Of a stretch of DNA of 64,000 bases, positions 19,082 through 27,934 are shown in pieces. The DNA is taken from positions 2,464,001-2,528,000 of the forward strand of contig OZ253470.1 of the NCBI GenBank assembly GCA_965261735.1, written 5' to 3'. The notes beneath the pieces are model-generated. The model had not been told where the DNA came from. It made no database searches and was given only the letters and a program-made list of their open reading frames with translations. Source of the stretch: Alphaproteobacteria bacterium (GTDB lineage: Bacteria > Pseudomonadota > Alphaproteobacteria > SHVV01). The position numbers and the translations under genes are program-made. The first letter of the stretch is position 1. Each line of letters begins with the position of its first letter.

Positions 19082-19777
19082 CTAGTTTCGCTTGCGCTCG
19101 AACAGCGCCAGCACCTCGTCCTTGGTCATGACGTCACCGAACTGCTGGATAAACGTCTCCAGCGTCGCCAGATGCTCGCGGTCGGTGAGCGCGGCGCAGC
19201 AGTCGGACACGAGGACCGCGTTGAAGTCCAGCATCATTGCGTCGCGACCGGTCGACTCGACGCACACGTTGGTCTTGGTGCCGGCGAGGATCAGCGTCTC
19301 GATGCCGAAGCCGCGGAGCAGGCGCTCGATCTGCGAGGCGCCGCTGGTGAAGGCGCTATAGCGGTTCTTGGAAACGCGCAGGTCGGCCGGGTCAACCTCG
19401 AGTTCGCGCCAGATCAGGGTGCCGTGCGCGCCCGGCTCCATGTTGTCGAGGATCGCCGCGATCTTTTCGGGGTCGCCGACGATGTGGTCGAAAAAGCCGC
19501 GCCAATCGGTGGCCAGCCCGTCGCGGCGGTTGGCGTGAGTGACCCAGATGACGCGGACGCCGAGGCCGCGCACCGCGCGCGCGAGTTCGTTGATGCCGGG
19601 CACGACCTCGCGCGCCATCGGCACCTCCGCGGGCGCGCCTGGCTCGACAAAGGTGTTCTGCATGTCGACCACCACGAGCGCGCAGCGCGCCGGGTCGAGC
19701 GCATCAAACAAGTGGACGCGACCGCGCCGCGCCAACACTCGGTTGAGGATGTCTTGGCCGATATCCACGGCATGCAT
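19082..19777 (-). CDS. Isochorismatase-family cysteine hydrolase
   Basis: VVVDMQN, KNRYSAF, GTKTNVCVESTGRDA. Confidence 0.92.
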   Translation of the reverse strand: MHAVDIGQDILNRVLARRGRVHLFDALDPARCALVVVDMQNTFVEPGAPAEVPMAREVVPGINELARAVRGLGVRVIWVTHANRRDGLATDWRGFFDHIVGDPEKIAAILDNMEPGAHGTLIWRELEVDPADLRVSKNRYSAFTSGASQIERLLRGFGIETLILAGTKTNVCVESTGRDAMMLDFNAVLVSDCCAALTDREHLATLETFIQQFGDVMTKDEVLALFERKRN

Positions 19778-20668
19778 GAGCCCGCCTCCCCGCTACGCGA
19801 TTGTTGCCGATGGCGCGCCGGCAAGGCAAGCCGCATCGCCGGGCCAGCGCCGCGTGCTCAACGACGGATTGGCACCGCCTATGCCGCGGAGATCGTCAGC
19901 CCACGCCTTGGACGAATTCGGGAGAGCTCAGCCGTCGGCTACGGCCTTTAGCACTGCCGCTACCTCGCTCGGCGGCAGGCCCGCAGGGGCCTCGCTAGAG
20001 ACGGCGAGGAGGCGCGCCGGCAACTGATTGCCGCGGACCTGCGACCACGCGCGACCGAGCCGGAGTTCGGCAGGAGAAGGCACGACATCGACACCCAGTG
20101 CGAGCGCAACATAGAGGTGCCGGACCCGTTTGCTCTCCCTTAGCAGCACCTTAGTGTGTCGGACGTGGAAACATTCATTGTCCGTGCACGCTTTGAGCGC
20201 CTGATTGGTTGCCGGCATCCAGGCGCCATCGCCGGTCAGATTGACGCTGCCACCAGTGACCTTATCGCGCCGCCCGGTGGCTGTGGCGAGAAAGACATCG
20301 ATGACGCCGAGCGGGCCGCTGTACGACGCCAAGGTCGAGGAGGCGGCGCCGTGCGCGGTAGGTGCCCAATCCGTGTCATGAGGGTACCGCTGCCATCCCG
20401 CGAGGTTCGCCGGGAGAAGCGCGCTCACGGTGGCTTCCGCGACCGGCGGTTGGTCGTCGAGTACGTAAGGAGCCATCGCCGGTAGAGCTGCCGCGAGCAG
20501 CGCGTAAACCACGACCTGTGGTCGTCCTCTGCCGAGCCCCCGCCTAAGGCGCTGTGGCGTCTCGGCGCTTCTTTCCGGCTTCAACACTGCGACAAGCGCC
20601 ATCAACAGAAGAATGGTCGCCGCAAGTGCGGCCCATTGGAAATAGCTGTGAGTGAGTTCGAGCTGTGT

Positions 20669-22062
20669 GGTTGTGTCTCGAAAGTGGTGGAAATTGGTTT
20701 TGGCGCCTCTCCGAGCGGGTTGAGTTTTGCGGCGGTCAGGCTGCGCGGTCAAGGGTTTCGTCGGCGATTAGCTGATCGAGGGTTTCCCATCCATCGACTT
20801 TGCGCATCTGGATTTGGCCGGAAGCGAGGAGTGCCCAGAGGAGCATCGGCACTGTTTCGGGACACGGCAGCACGGTCTGTGTTTTGATCCGGCGCTTGAA
20901 CTCCTCGTTGAGACGCTCAATGGCGTTGGTCGTTCGGGCTGATTTCCATTGGCTCTTGGACAGGCGCGTGAAGGTAAAGAGCTTGTCGCCCGCTTCTGCG
21001 AGGCTGTCCGCGACGGCCCTGCATTTCAGCCGCCACTTGCGGACAAACGCCTTGCGGCGGGTTTCCACCTCGGAGGCAGTGTCGGCATAGATCATATCGC
21101 GGTAATCTTCGCTCAGCTCGTCATGCATGTGTTTGGGAGCATGACCCAGAAGGTTGCGGTGCTTGTGCACGGTGCAGCGTTGAACGGGAAGGTCATCGCC
21201 CCAAAGCGCCGACAGAGCCGCCTCCAGTCCCGGCGCGCCATCGACGATGACAAACCCGGGCCGTTTCAGTCCACGCGCATCAAGGTCGTCGAGGAACTGG
21301 CGCCACGCCGCCTGGCTTTCTCCGCCCATATTCCCGATCGAAAGCAAGACCTTCTGGCCATCCCGGCGCACCCCTATAGCCGCGAGAACCGAGATGTTGG
21401 TGGCCTTGCGGTCCAGTCGGGTCTTGATCACAGTGCCGTCAAGGATCAGCCGAACGATATCCTCATCCGCGAGGCCACGGCTGCACCAGGCGTCCCAATC
21501 GACCTTCACCTTGCGCCACGCCCGGCTCACAACGTCCTTGCTCACAGCACCCCGGAAGAGCCCGAACAGCGCGCGTTTCACCCGCCGCGTGTTGGTTCCG
21601 GACAGATACACCGAAGCGATCAGCGCCTCGGCCTTTCTGGTCAGCCGCTGGTAGCGCGGCAGCGCCCGCGAACGCCATTCCGACGCCCGACCGTCTTCCT
21701 CAACGATCCGCGCACGCGGCACGCTCACCCTCTCGGTCCCGAATGTCCCCGTCAGTTGCCGCTCCCGGTGCCCGTTCCGATACCCTTGCCGAAGCGCGTC
21801 CTCTCGACCGTATCGGCAGCGCCCGAGAAACTGCGCAAGTTCCTCCTCAAAAACGGCCTCGATCGTGGATCTGATGTTCTCCCGCAGCCGGTCCTCGAGC
21901 GGATCATAGCCGGCGTCATTGGCCAGTAGCGAAAGCGCGGAAGTCTCGGTAGTGTTCTTCATGGCGTGATCTCCTTGGCGGTGCTAGCCGCCGATTGGGT
22001 GGTTGTCTTGTCACCCGGAGATTACGCCATCCTCAAATTTCCACCACTTTCGAGACACAGCC
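20669..22062 (-). mobile_element. IS256-family insertion sequence, intact
   Basis: 27-bp inverted ends GG(T/C)TGTGTCTCGAAAGTGGTGGAAATT; 9-bp duplication GAGCTGTGT at 20660-20668 and 22063-22071. Confidence 0.96.
20736..21962 (-). CDS. IS256-family transposase
   Basis: GYRNGHRER, LILDG, IVDGAPGL, QRCTVHK, TTNAIERLNEEFKRR. Confidence 0.96.
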   Translation of the reverse strand: MKNTTETSALSLLANDAGYDPLEDRLRENIRSTIEAVFEEELAQFLGRCRYGREDALRQGYRNGHRERQLTGTFGTERVSVPRARIVEEDGRASEWRSRALPRYQRLTRKAEALIASVYLSGTNTRRVKRALFGLFRGAVSKDVVSRAWRKVKVDWDAWCSRGLADEDIVRLILDGTVIKTRLDRKATNISVLAAIGVRRDGQKVLLSIGNMGGESQAAWRQFLDDLDARGLKRPGFVIVDGAPGLEAALSALWGDDLPVQRCTVHKHRNLLGHAPKHMHDELSEDYRDMIYADTASEVETRRKAFVRKWRLKCRAVADSLAEAGDKLFTFTRLSKSQWKSARTTNAIERLNEEFKRRIKTQTVLPCPETVPMLLWALLASGQIQMRKVDGWETLDQLIADETLDRAA

Positions 22063-22835
22063 GAGCTGTGTTCCGTGGACATAGTCGGTCGCAACGATTG
22101 CCACGACCCGTATGGCGTTCGCCAAAATGCCGAGGACGCCACCGGCGAGGGTAAGCGCGATGATTCGGCCCTCGCTGCGATAGAGGAGTAGCGCGAACGT
22201 GAGGCCGAGGAACAGGCCAACAAGAACGAACGGCAGACCCGCACAGGAATCCACGACGACGTAGCGTTGCCCGTCGAAGTAAAGCGAGAAGCCCTCTCTC
22301 GCGAACGGGAGCCCCGACACGTACGCGAACCCTTCAATGAAGGCGACGGTCAGCCTCCGGAGCGGGAGGAGAAGGAATTCTCCGGTCGGGATCACGAACG
22401 CCAGCAGCGCCAGGAAGGGCAAGAGACGCCGGAACACCTGCCATCCGACGGCGGCCATGACGATCGCGGCAACGGACCCAACGAGCGCAACCTGGCGCCC
22501 TTCCGAGACGTTCAACACGTCGGCGGCGAGCCAGAGAAGGGCAGCCAACGTCGCTGCCGCGACGCCAATCAGGTTTGCCGCGGGCGACGTCGCGGCCAGG
22601 CGCCTCCGGCTGTACCACAGCACACAGCCGAGCGTCGGCAGGACGGCCCAACCGTACTGGTAGGTGGTACTGCTGGCCCACGTTCCGCCGATCTCGATGA
22701 CCGTGGGGGCATGAGCGCCGAGCACGCCAGCGATGCCGAGGGTGACGGCGACCAACGCCGGAAACCAGGGATGCCGCACGAGTGAGCGTGCGTCCCAGCC
22801 GGCGAGCACGGCGCCATCGTGGCGCGCGGCGATAC

Positions 22836-23684
22836 TCATGATGCGATCTGTCTTCCACCGCCCGGCGCGGTGAGGGGCGCAGGCGGTCGCCCTTGTCTGG
22901 GCAAGAAGGGCAAACACAGCACCCGGTCGAGGCGGGCGGAGCGGTTGTCGCGAAAGGCCTCGAGGCCCAGGACTCGCGCACGATCGGCGTTCTCGTTCGA
23001 GCCGCAATACGTTTCGAACATCCGGTCCCACAGCGAAAGCACGATGCCAAAGTTGCTATCGGTTTCGCGCTGTTCTGCGGAATGGTGAACCAGGTGGACG
23101 GCGGGCGTTATCAGCGCCGTCCGGAGCGCTCGGTCAAGCGCGTCCGGTAGTCGGATGTTGGCGTGGGTCAAAACGGAAAATACGCCGGCAATCAGCATGT
23201 ACACCCCAACCGCCACGGGCGGGACGCCGCCCACGAAGACCACCAACAGAAAGCCGCCCGCGCCCACCAGGATCTCGAGCGGATGGTGGCGTTCCGACGT
23301 CGTGAAATCGACATCAACGTCGGCGTGGTGAACCACATGGAATCGCCAGAGGATCGGGACCACATGTAACAACCTGTGCTCAGCGTACTTCCAGACGTCG
23401 AGCAACAGTACGCCGAGGACGATCGTCACCGCCGCCGGTAGCGAGCCGACCGACAGGAGACCGAATCCCTCGTGCGCCGCCGCGTACGCCACCGCAAGCC
23501 CCGAGACCGGCACGATTAGCCGGATACAAAGCTGTCCGATCAGAAAAAGCCCGATGTTGGTGAGCCAGCGTCGGCCCAGGCTTATCGTCGACTGGCGCCA
23601 CGGGGCCACGGTCTCTGCGACCGCGAACGTCACGATAGCGCCGTAGAATGCCAGCATGGCAAGCAACGTCAGCACTTCGGCCAT
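22836..23684 (-). CDS. Sterol desaturase/fatty-acid hydroxylase family membrane protein
   Basis: His boxes HRLLH, HVVHH, HAN, HLVHHS; SNFGIVLSLWDRMF; stop overlaps the exosortase ATG. Confidence 0.92.
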   Translation of the reverse strand: MAEVLTLLAMLAFYGAIVTFAVAETVAPWRQSTISLGRRWLTNIGLFLIGQLCIRLIVPVSGLAVAYAAAHEGFGLLSVGSLPAAVTIVLGVLLLDVWKYAEHRLLHVVPILWRFHVVHHADVDVDFTTSERHHPLEILVGAGGFLLVVFVGGVPPVAVGVYMLIAGVFSVLTHANIRLPDALDRALRTALITPAVHLVHHSAEQRETDSNFGIVLSLWDRMFETYCGSNENADRARVLGLEAFRDNRSARLDRVLCLPFLPRQGRPPAPLTAPGGGRQIAS

Positions 23685-23764
23685 CGCGCCCTCGTGACCC
23701 CCCTACGAAGGACGAATACCGCTTTTGTGAGCGCTATCGTGCCTCGGATGCGGAGCTAGCCGAA

Positions 23765-23972
23765 CTACCGTTTGCGGCGAATGAGCCAAGCCCCGCCAAT
23801 GACGCTTGCAGCGACCAGGGCGATGAGACCGCCTCCCGCAATTGGCAGCGACGTACCGAGGGGGGGCGCTGAGCGACTGACCCAGCGGGACTGCGTTGCC
23901 GGCCAAGGCGGCCGATATCGTGGTCGCGAGCACGGCCGCGGCCGATCCGCATGAAACGACGAAGCGATGCAT
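23765..23972 (-). pseudogene. 68-aa secreted micro-protein with a C-terminal sorting signal (putative exosortase substrate), frameshifted in a C7 run
   Basis: GGAGG RBS; signal peptide ending AALA; removing one base at 23860-23866 joins it to PLGTSLPIAGGGLIALVAASVIGGAWLIRRKR-stop. Confidence 0.75.
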
Positions 23973-24138
23973 CTTGGACCTCCATCTTCTCGCTGCTTGA
24001 GTGCCTTTGCACTCGTACCCGGTTTGCTTAGCATGGCCGTGACGTGGCGTATGTGATGGGCGTTACACCGCGCCCGGGCCGGAGGACGGCGAGACGGCGG
24101 CCACAATGGGCCGATAGGGCAGCCGTACAGCGCCCGCC

Positions 24139-24537
24139 CTAGTGCATGGAGTCCTCATACTCCTCCTCGGGTACGGGCTGGGTCGTGGGGCCGGCTTGGT
24201 GGTGGACCATTTTCCAGCGCCCGCCCTCGAGCACGAAGATGTTGGTGGCGATCAGGAAGCCGCTGCCGATGTGCTCGTGGCAGATGACGAATGCGCACGC
24301 GCCCTGGAGCAACGCGCGCGCATTGTGGCAGGTAATGGCGGGGGCGCCGCCGCCGCCGAGAATCCGCCGCCAGCTCGCCATCACCTGGTCGCGCCCGGTC
24401 AGCGCGTTCCAGCCGGGATGGATGCAGGCGACGGGGGCCTCCGCGGCCCAGACCGCGTCCATCGCCGCCGAGTCGCGATCGGCGAAGGCCCGGTAGAACG
24501 CCTCGTTGGCAAACAGAACCGCCTCGTGCTCGGCCAT
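24139..24537 (-). CDS. NTF2/SnoaL-like protein
   Basis: ANEAFYRAF, CIHPGW, ATNIF..WKMVHHQA. Confidence 0.88.
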   Translation of the reverse strand: MAEHEAVLFANEAFYRAFADRDSAAMDAVWAAEAPVACIHPGWNALTGRDQVMASWRRILGGGGAPAITCHNARALLQGACAFVICHEHIGSGFLIATNIFVLEGGRWKMVHHQAGPTTQPVPEEEYEDSMH

Positions 24538-24668
24538 GCCGGCCCCTCCGTCGCCCGCCCCGCGGTAGCGGCATCCCACTTCGTCCGAGCTGGCGTTGTG
24601 CGCGGATGGTACGCGCGCGCGGCCCTGCCCTCAAGCATGGCCCGCGCCGGCCGCCTCCACTTAAAAGC

Positions 24669-24699
24669 TTGACAGTAGACACAAGATTTTGGGTATATA
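24669..24699 (+). promoter_or_regulatory. Possible sigma70 promoter in an AT-rich patch
   Basis: Perfect TTGACA at 24669; TATATA 19 nt later (spacing non-optimal). Confidence 0.4.
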
Positions 24700-24761
24700 C
24701 CGCGTGGCGCTACTAAACATGCCATTGTTAGGTAGCGTAAACGATGAATTGGGGGATTCAA

Positions 24762-25001
24762 ATGCCAGATTGGCTGGATCGGATTAAGAGGGGCGTCGGC
24801 TCGTTGACCGAGCTGGTGCTCTTGTTGGCTGCCTTGGCGATTGTGTTCCAGGTGTTGATCGGCCAAGGGAACATGTGGATCTTTGCCGACGTGATCGGGC
24901 ACCTAATGGACATCATCACCCAGATTGGTGATCGAGGCATCGTTGGCTTGATCGCGGTTGCCGTCGTGCTGTGGCTATTCAGCAGACGAACCATGTCCTA
25001 A
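24762..25001 (+). CDS. Small membrane protein, paralogue 1
   Basis: MPDWL..QVLIG..NMW..GIVGLIAVAVVLWLF; aligns end to end with 25257-25496. Confidence 0.8.
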   Translation: MPDWLDRIKRGVGSLTELVLLLAALAIVFQVLIGQGNMWIFADVIGHLMDIITQIGDRGIVGLIAVAVVLWLFSRRTMS

Positions 25002-25008
25002 GCGTTTT

Positions 25009-25079
25009 CCTCAGCCATCGGAGCAACTCAGAATGGTTGGCTATACCTCTCCCGATCGTTCTGGGTTCTCCGGCTGAGG
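25009..25079 (+). other. Long RNA hairpin between the paralogues
   Basis: Helices of 8, 4 and 16 bp; the 16-bp helix has four G-U pairs and no mismatches on the + strand. Confidence 0.6.
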
Positions 25080-25256
25080 TTTCTGCGTAGCGGCCGCCCC
25101 TCTTATTCGTGGGGCGAGTCTAGGTCGGGTTTCATCGGTTACTTTCCGGCCGGCGCCGTCGCAAGGACGTGTTCAGGGTCCGTGGTGCCCTACTTGGGTC
25201 CCCGGTTCGGCGTTATGCACGCCATGGCGGCGTCGACTTGAGATCGGGAGAATTGC

Positions 25257-25496
25257 ATGCCTGACTGGCTCGGCGGGTTTAGGAAAGGGATCGGTTGGAC
25301 GATCGAGATCATCGTTTTGGTGGTGGCTCTCATCGTCGTCCTTCAGATTCTCATCGGCCCGGAAAACATGTGGGTGCTCGCACCCGTCGTCACCAACCTC
25401 ATCGACTTGTTCAACCAGCTCGGCGGAGCCGGTGTGGTCGGCTTGATCGCACTCGCCGCCGTGATCTGGGCCTTCGGTCGGCGGCCCGCAAGCTAA
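25257..25496 (+). CDS. Small membrane protein, paralogue 2
   Basis: MPDWL..QILIG..NMW..GVVGLIALAAVIWAF; GGGAG RBS. Confidence 0.8.
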   Translation: MPDWLGGFRKGIGWTIEIIVLVVALIVVLQILIGPENMWVLAPVVTNLIDLFNQLGGAGVVGLIALAAVIWAFGRRPAS

Positions 25497-25501
25497 CGCG
25501 A

Positions 25502-25533
25502 ATCGCTCGCCGTCCCTGAGGGCGGCGAGCGAT
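25502..25533 (+). terminator. Stem-loop after paralogue 2
   Basis: ATCGCTCGCCGTCC-CTGA-GGGCGGCGAGCGAT, 14-bp stem, no U tract. Confidence 0.45.
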
Positions 25534-25747
25534 AGCGGGCGGCTTCCGCGGCCCGAACCCGTTCTGATTCTCCTGTGGCTAGGCTGGCCGTCGCCAGTCC
25601 GCGAACCGCGTTCTTAGCGTTCGCGACCGACCGCGCGCCCGTTCGGCCCTGGCCATGTTCAACCGATACCCTCGGCTTGGTGGCATGCCACCAAGCGGCC
25701 CTCGAGCGCGCGCAGCTCCGGCCGCACCTCGCGGCACAGCTCGCTCG

Positions 25748-26738
25748 CGCTTGGCCTGAATCAACAGATCGTCGAAGGGCTTGTGGCACCACTGCGCCCG
25801 GTTCGAGCCACCGACCGCGTCGCAGCCGAGCAGCACATGTAGGAAGTTGTCGGGATCGCCGTTGTCGCCGGTCCACCCCAGCAGAACGGTCTGGTGCTCG
25901 CCGTCCTTGGAGCGCTTCAGGTACTCCGGCCAGTCGAAGGTGACGATCTTGGCCTTGACGCCCACTTTGGCGAAGTCGGCCTGGATGAGCTCGGCCATAC
26001 GCCGTGCGTTGGGGTTGTAGGGCCGCTGCACCGGCATCGCCCAGATGTCGGTCTCGAAACCGCCACCCAGACCCGCCTCGGTAAGCAGCTGCTTGGCCTT
26101 GGCCGGATCGTAATCGTAGTCGTTGATGGCATTGTTGTAAGACCACATGGTCGGCGGGATCGGCTTCTTGGCCGCCTTCCCGGCACCCTGGAAGACCGCC
26201 TCGATGATGGCCTGTTTGTTGATGGCGTGGTTGAGCGCCCGGCGCACGCGAGCGTCCGTGTACGGCGCCTTCTGGGTGTTGAACGCGAGATAGCCGACGT
26301 TGAGCCCTTCCTGCTCCATCAGGTTGAGGTCGGGGTCCTTGCGCATGGCCGCGATGTCGGCCGGGTTGGGATAAGGCATCACGTGGCACTCGCCGGCCTT
26401 GAGCTTGGCGTAGCGTACCGAGGGATCGGGCGTGATCGCGAACACCAGGTCGTCGATCGGGGCCTTACCGCGCCAATAGCTGGGGTTGGCCTTGTAGCGG
26501 ATGACCGCGTCCTTCTGGTAGTTGACGAGCTGGAAGGGACCGGTGCCGACGGGTTCGAGGTCGACCTTGTTCGGCGTGCCGGCCGCCATCATCTTGTCCG
26601 CGTACTCCGACGAATGGATCGACGCGAAGTCCATGGCCAGATTGGCGATGAAGGGCGCCTCCGGCGCGTTCAAGACGATGCGCACGGTGTAGTCGTCGGA
26701 CTTGTCGACGCTCTTGATGAGGGCCGGCATGCTCATGG
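25748..26738 (-). pseudogene. dppA: Internal fragment of a dipeptide ABC substrate-binding protein gene
   Basis: FIANLAMDFASI, PVGTGPFQL, WAMPVQRPYNPNARRMAELIQ, GWTGDNGDPDNF; 5' end replaced by IS1595, similarity lost after QAKR. Confidence 0.85.
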
Positions 26739-27068
26739 CTTGCCTATCCGGTTTACACCCACACCCACTAGGGCTAGAATGGGTGCAACCCGGATATAGG
26801 GGAGCGCGCCATGGATGTTCTCGACCGCGCCGATCTCCCATTCCCGCATTCGCTACCCGAGTTCCAGCGACTTTTCCCCGATGATGCGGCCTGCGCCGCC
26901 TACCTGGAGAAAGCCCGCTGGGGAGACGGCTTTGCCTGCCCGCACTGCGGCACGGCGGGAGAGCCGTTCCACTTTGAAAACCGCCCTGGCGTCCTGCGCT
27001 GCCGCAAGTGCCGCCAGAACACCGGGCTGACGGTGGGAACAGTGATGGAGCGTAGCCACACTCCGCTG
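26739..27068 (+). mobile_element. IS1595 element A, 5' fragment
   Basis: Near-identical to 11559-11888, then similarity stops. Confidence 0.9.
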
Positions 27069-27242
27069 CCGGCATTGTCTCCAAGAAAATGGGGTAAGGG
27101 GGCGGTGCCACGGCTTTCAGAACAGGAGGAAGTGGCAGAAACTAGCAAAGATCAGAAGTGGTTCGGACAGCCCAAGGAGGCTTGACCTCCTTCGCTCCAC
27201 TCACGAGAGCTACCGCAGGGTCAGCCCGCCACACCGATCAGG

Positions 27243-27884
27243 TCAGCGAAGGAGGTGCCAGTTGCCGCTCTCGTCGCGGCAGGCATAGACGGGTGACCAT
27301 CCGTCCTCGAGCACGCGGCATTCCGTATGAGCGCTGCCACGTTGGCGCGGCGTCACCCTCGCGGAGCCCGAATGGACGTAGTCGACCGCACCGGCAGGTT
27401 CCGGCGCGCGGACCACCGGGCGCGGCTGGACCACCACCGGGCGCGGCGGCTGGATCACCACCTGTCTCGGTGGCAGCACGATGGGGGCGTACGCCTGCGG
27501 CTGCTGCCACCCGTGATGATAGCGGTCGTGATGCCGGCGGTGGCGCGGTGCCGGCCACGCATGGTGGTAGCCCCGGTTCCCATACCAGCCGTGATGCTGC
27601 CGATGCACCGGGCGATGATGCACCCGCGGCGTGTGATGCTGCTCCGCCAAGTGACGGCCATAGAGGCTGCCCAGCAAGGCGCCGGCGCCGATGGCCGCCA
27701 GCCTGCCTCTGCCTTTGCCGATCTGCGAGCCGATGGCGCCGCCGATGCCGCCGCCCAGCACCATGCCGTTCCACGAGCGCTGGTGATCGGCCTGAACAGA
27801 CGTCGATGCCACGGTCGAGGCGAGCGCAACGGCGGCCGCGAACGCGATCCCACCGCCCAGGTAGCGTCTCCAACTCCTCATCAT
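27243..27884 (-). CDS. Secreted glycine-zipper 2TM protein with a His-rich, Pro-rich linker
   Basis: Signal peptide; GGGIGGAIGSQIGKGRGRLAAIGAGALLGS; C-terminal ACRDESGNW resembling 17-kDa surface antigens. Confidence 0.75.
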   Translation of the reverse strand: MMRSWRRYLGGGIAFAAAVALASTVASTSVQADHQRSWNGMVLGGGIGGAIGSQIGKGRGRLAAIGAGALLGSLYGRHLAEQHHTPRVHHRPVHRQHHGWYGNRGYHHAWPAPRHRRHHDRYHHGWQQPQAYAPIVLPPRQVVIQPPRPVVVQPRPVVRAPEPAGAVDYVHSGSARVTPRQRGSAHTECRVLEDGWSPVYACRDESGNWHLLR

Positions 27885-27934
27885 CGTCTTCCTCCGCTTG
27901 CGTTCCCAAGCCGACGAAATGCACTCACAGGGCT

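Larger units (their letters stand above)
19928..22839 (-). pseudogene. Exosortase with a C-terminal EpsI-like region, interrupted by IS256
   Basis: WASSTTYQYGW, VVDSCAGL (Cys), ANAIRV (Arg); removing the IS and one 9-bp repeat rejoins ..HGTQL-ELTHSYFQW (His) and ..LPANLAGW..WAP. Confidence 0.85.

Noticed and set aside
19928-20752. 274-aa stand-alone ORF
   Set aside because: It starts inside IS256 and is the 3' half of the split exosortase.
23973-24138. Sigma54 promoter for the exosortase cassette
   Set aside because: No convincing GG-N10-GC element on the minus strand.
25579-27111. 510-aa ORF as an intact novel protein
   Set aside because: N-terminal part is antisense IS1595 sequence; the remainder is a dppA fragment.
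27185-27203. CTCCTTCGCTCCAC as the second att site
   Set aside because: Weak similarity to the tRNA 3' end and in the wrong orientation.
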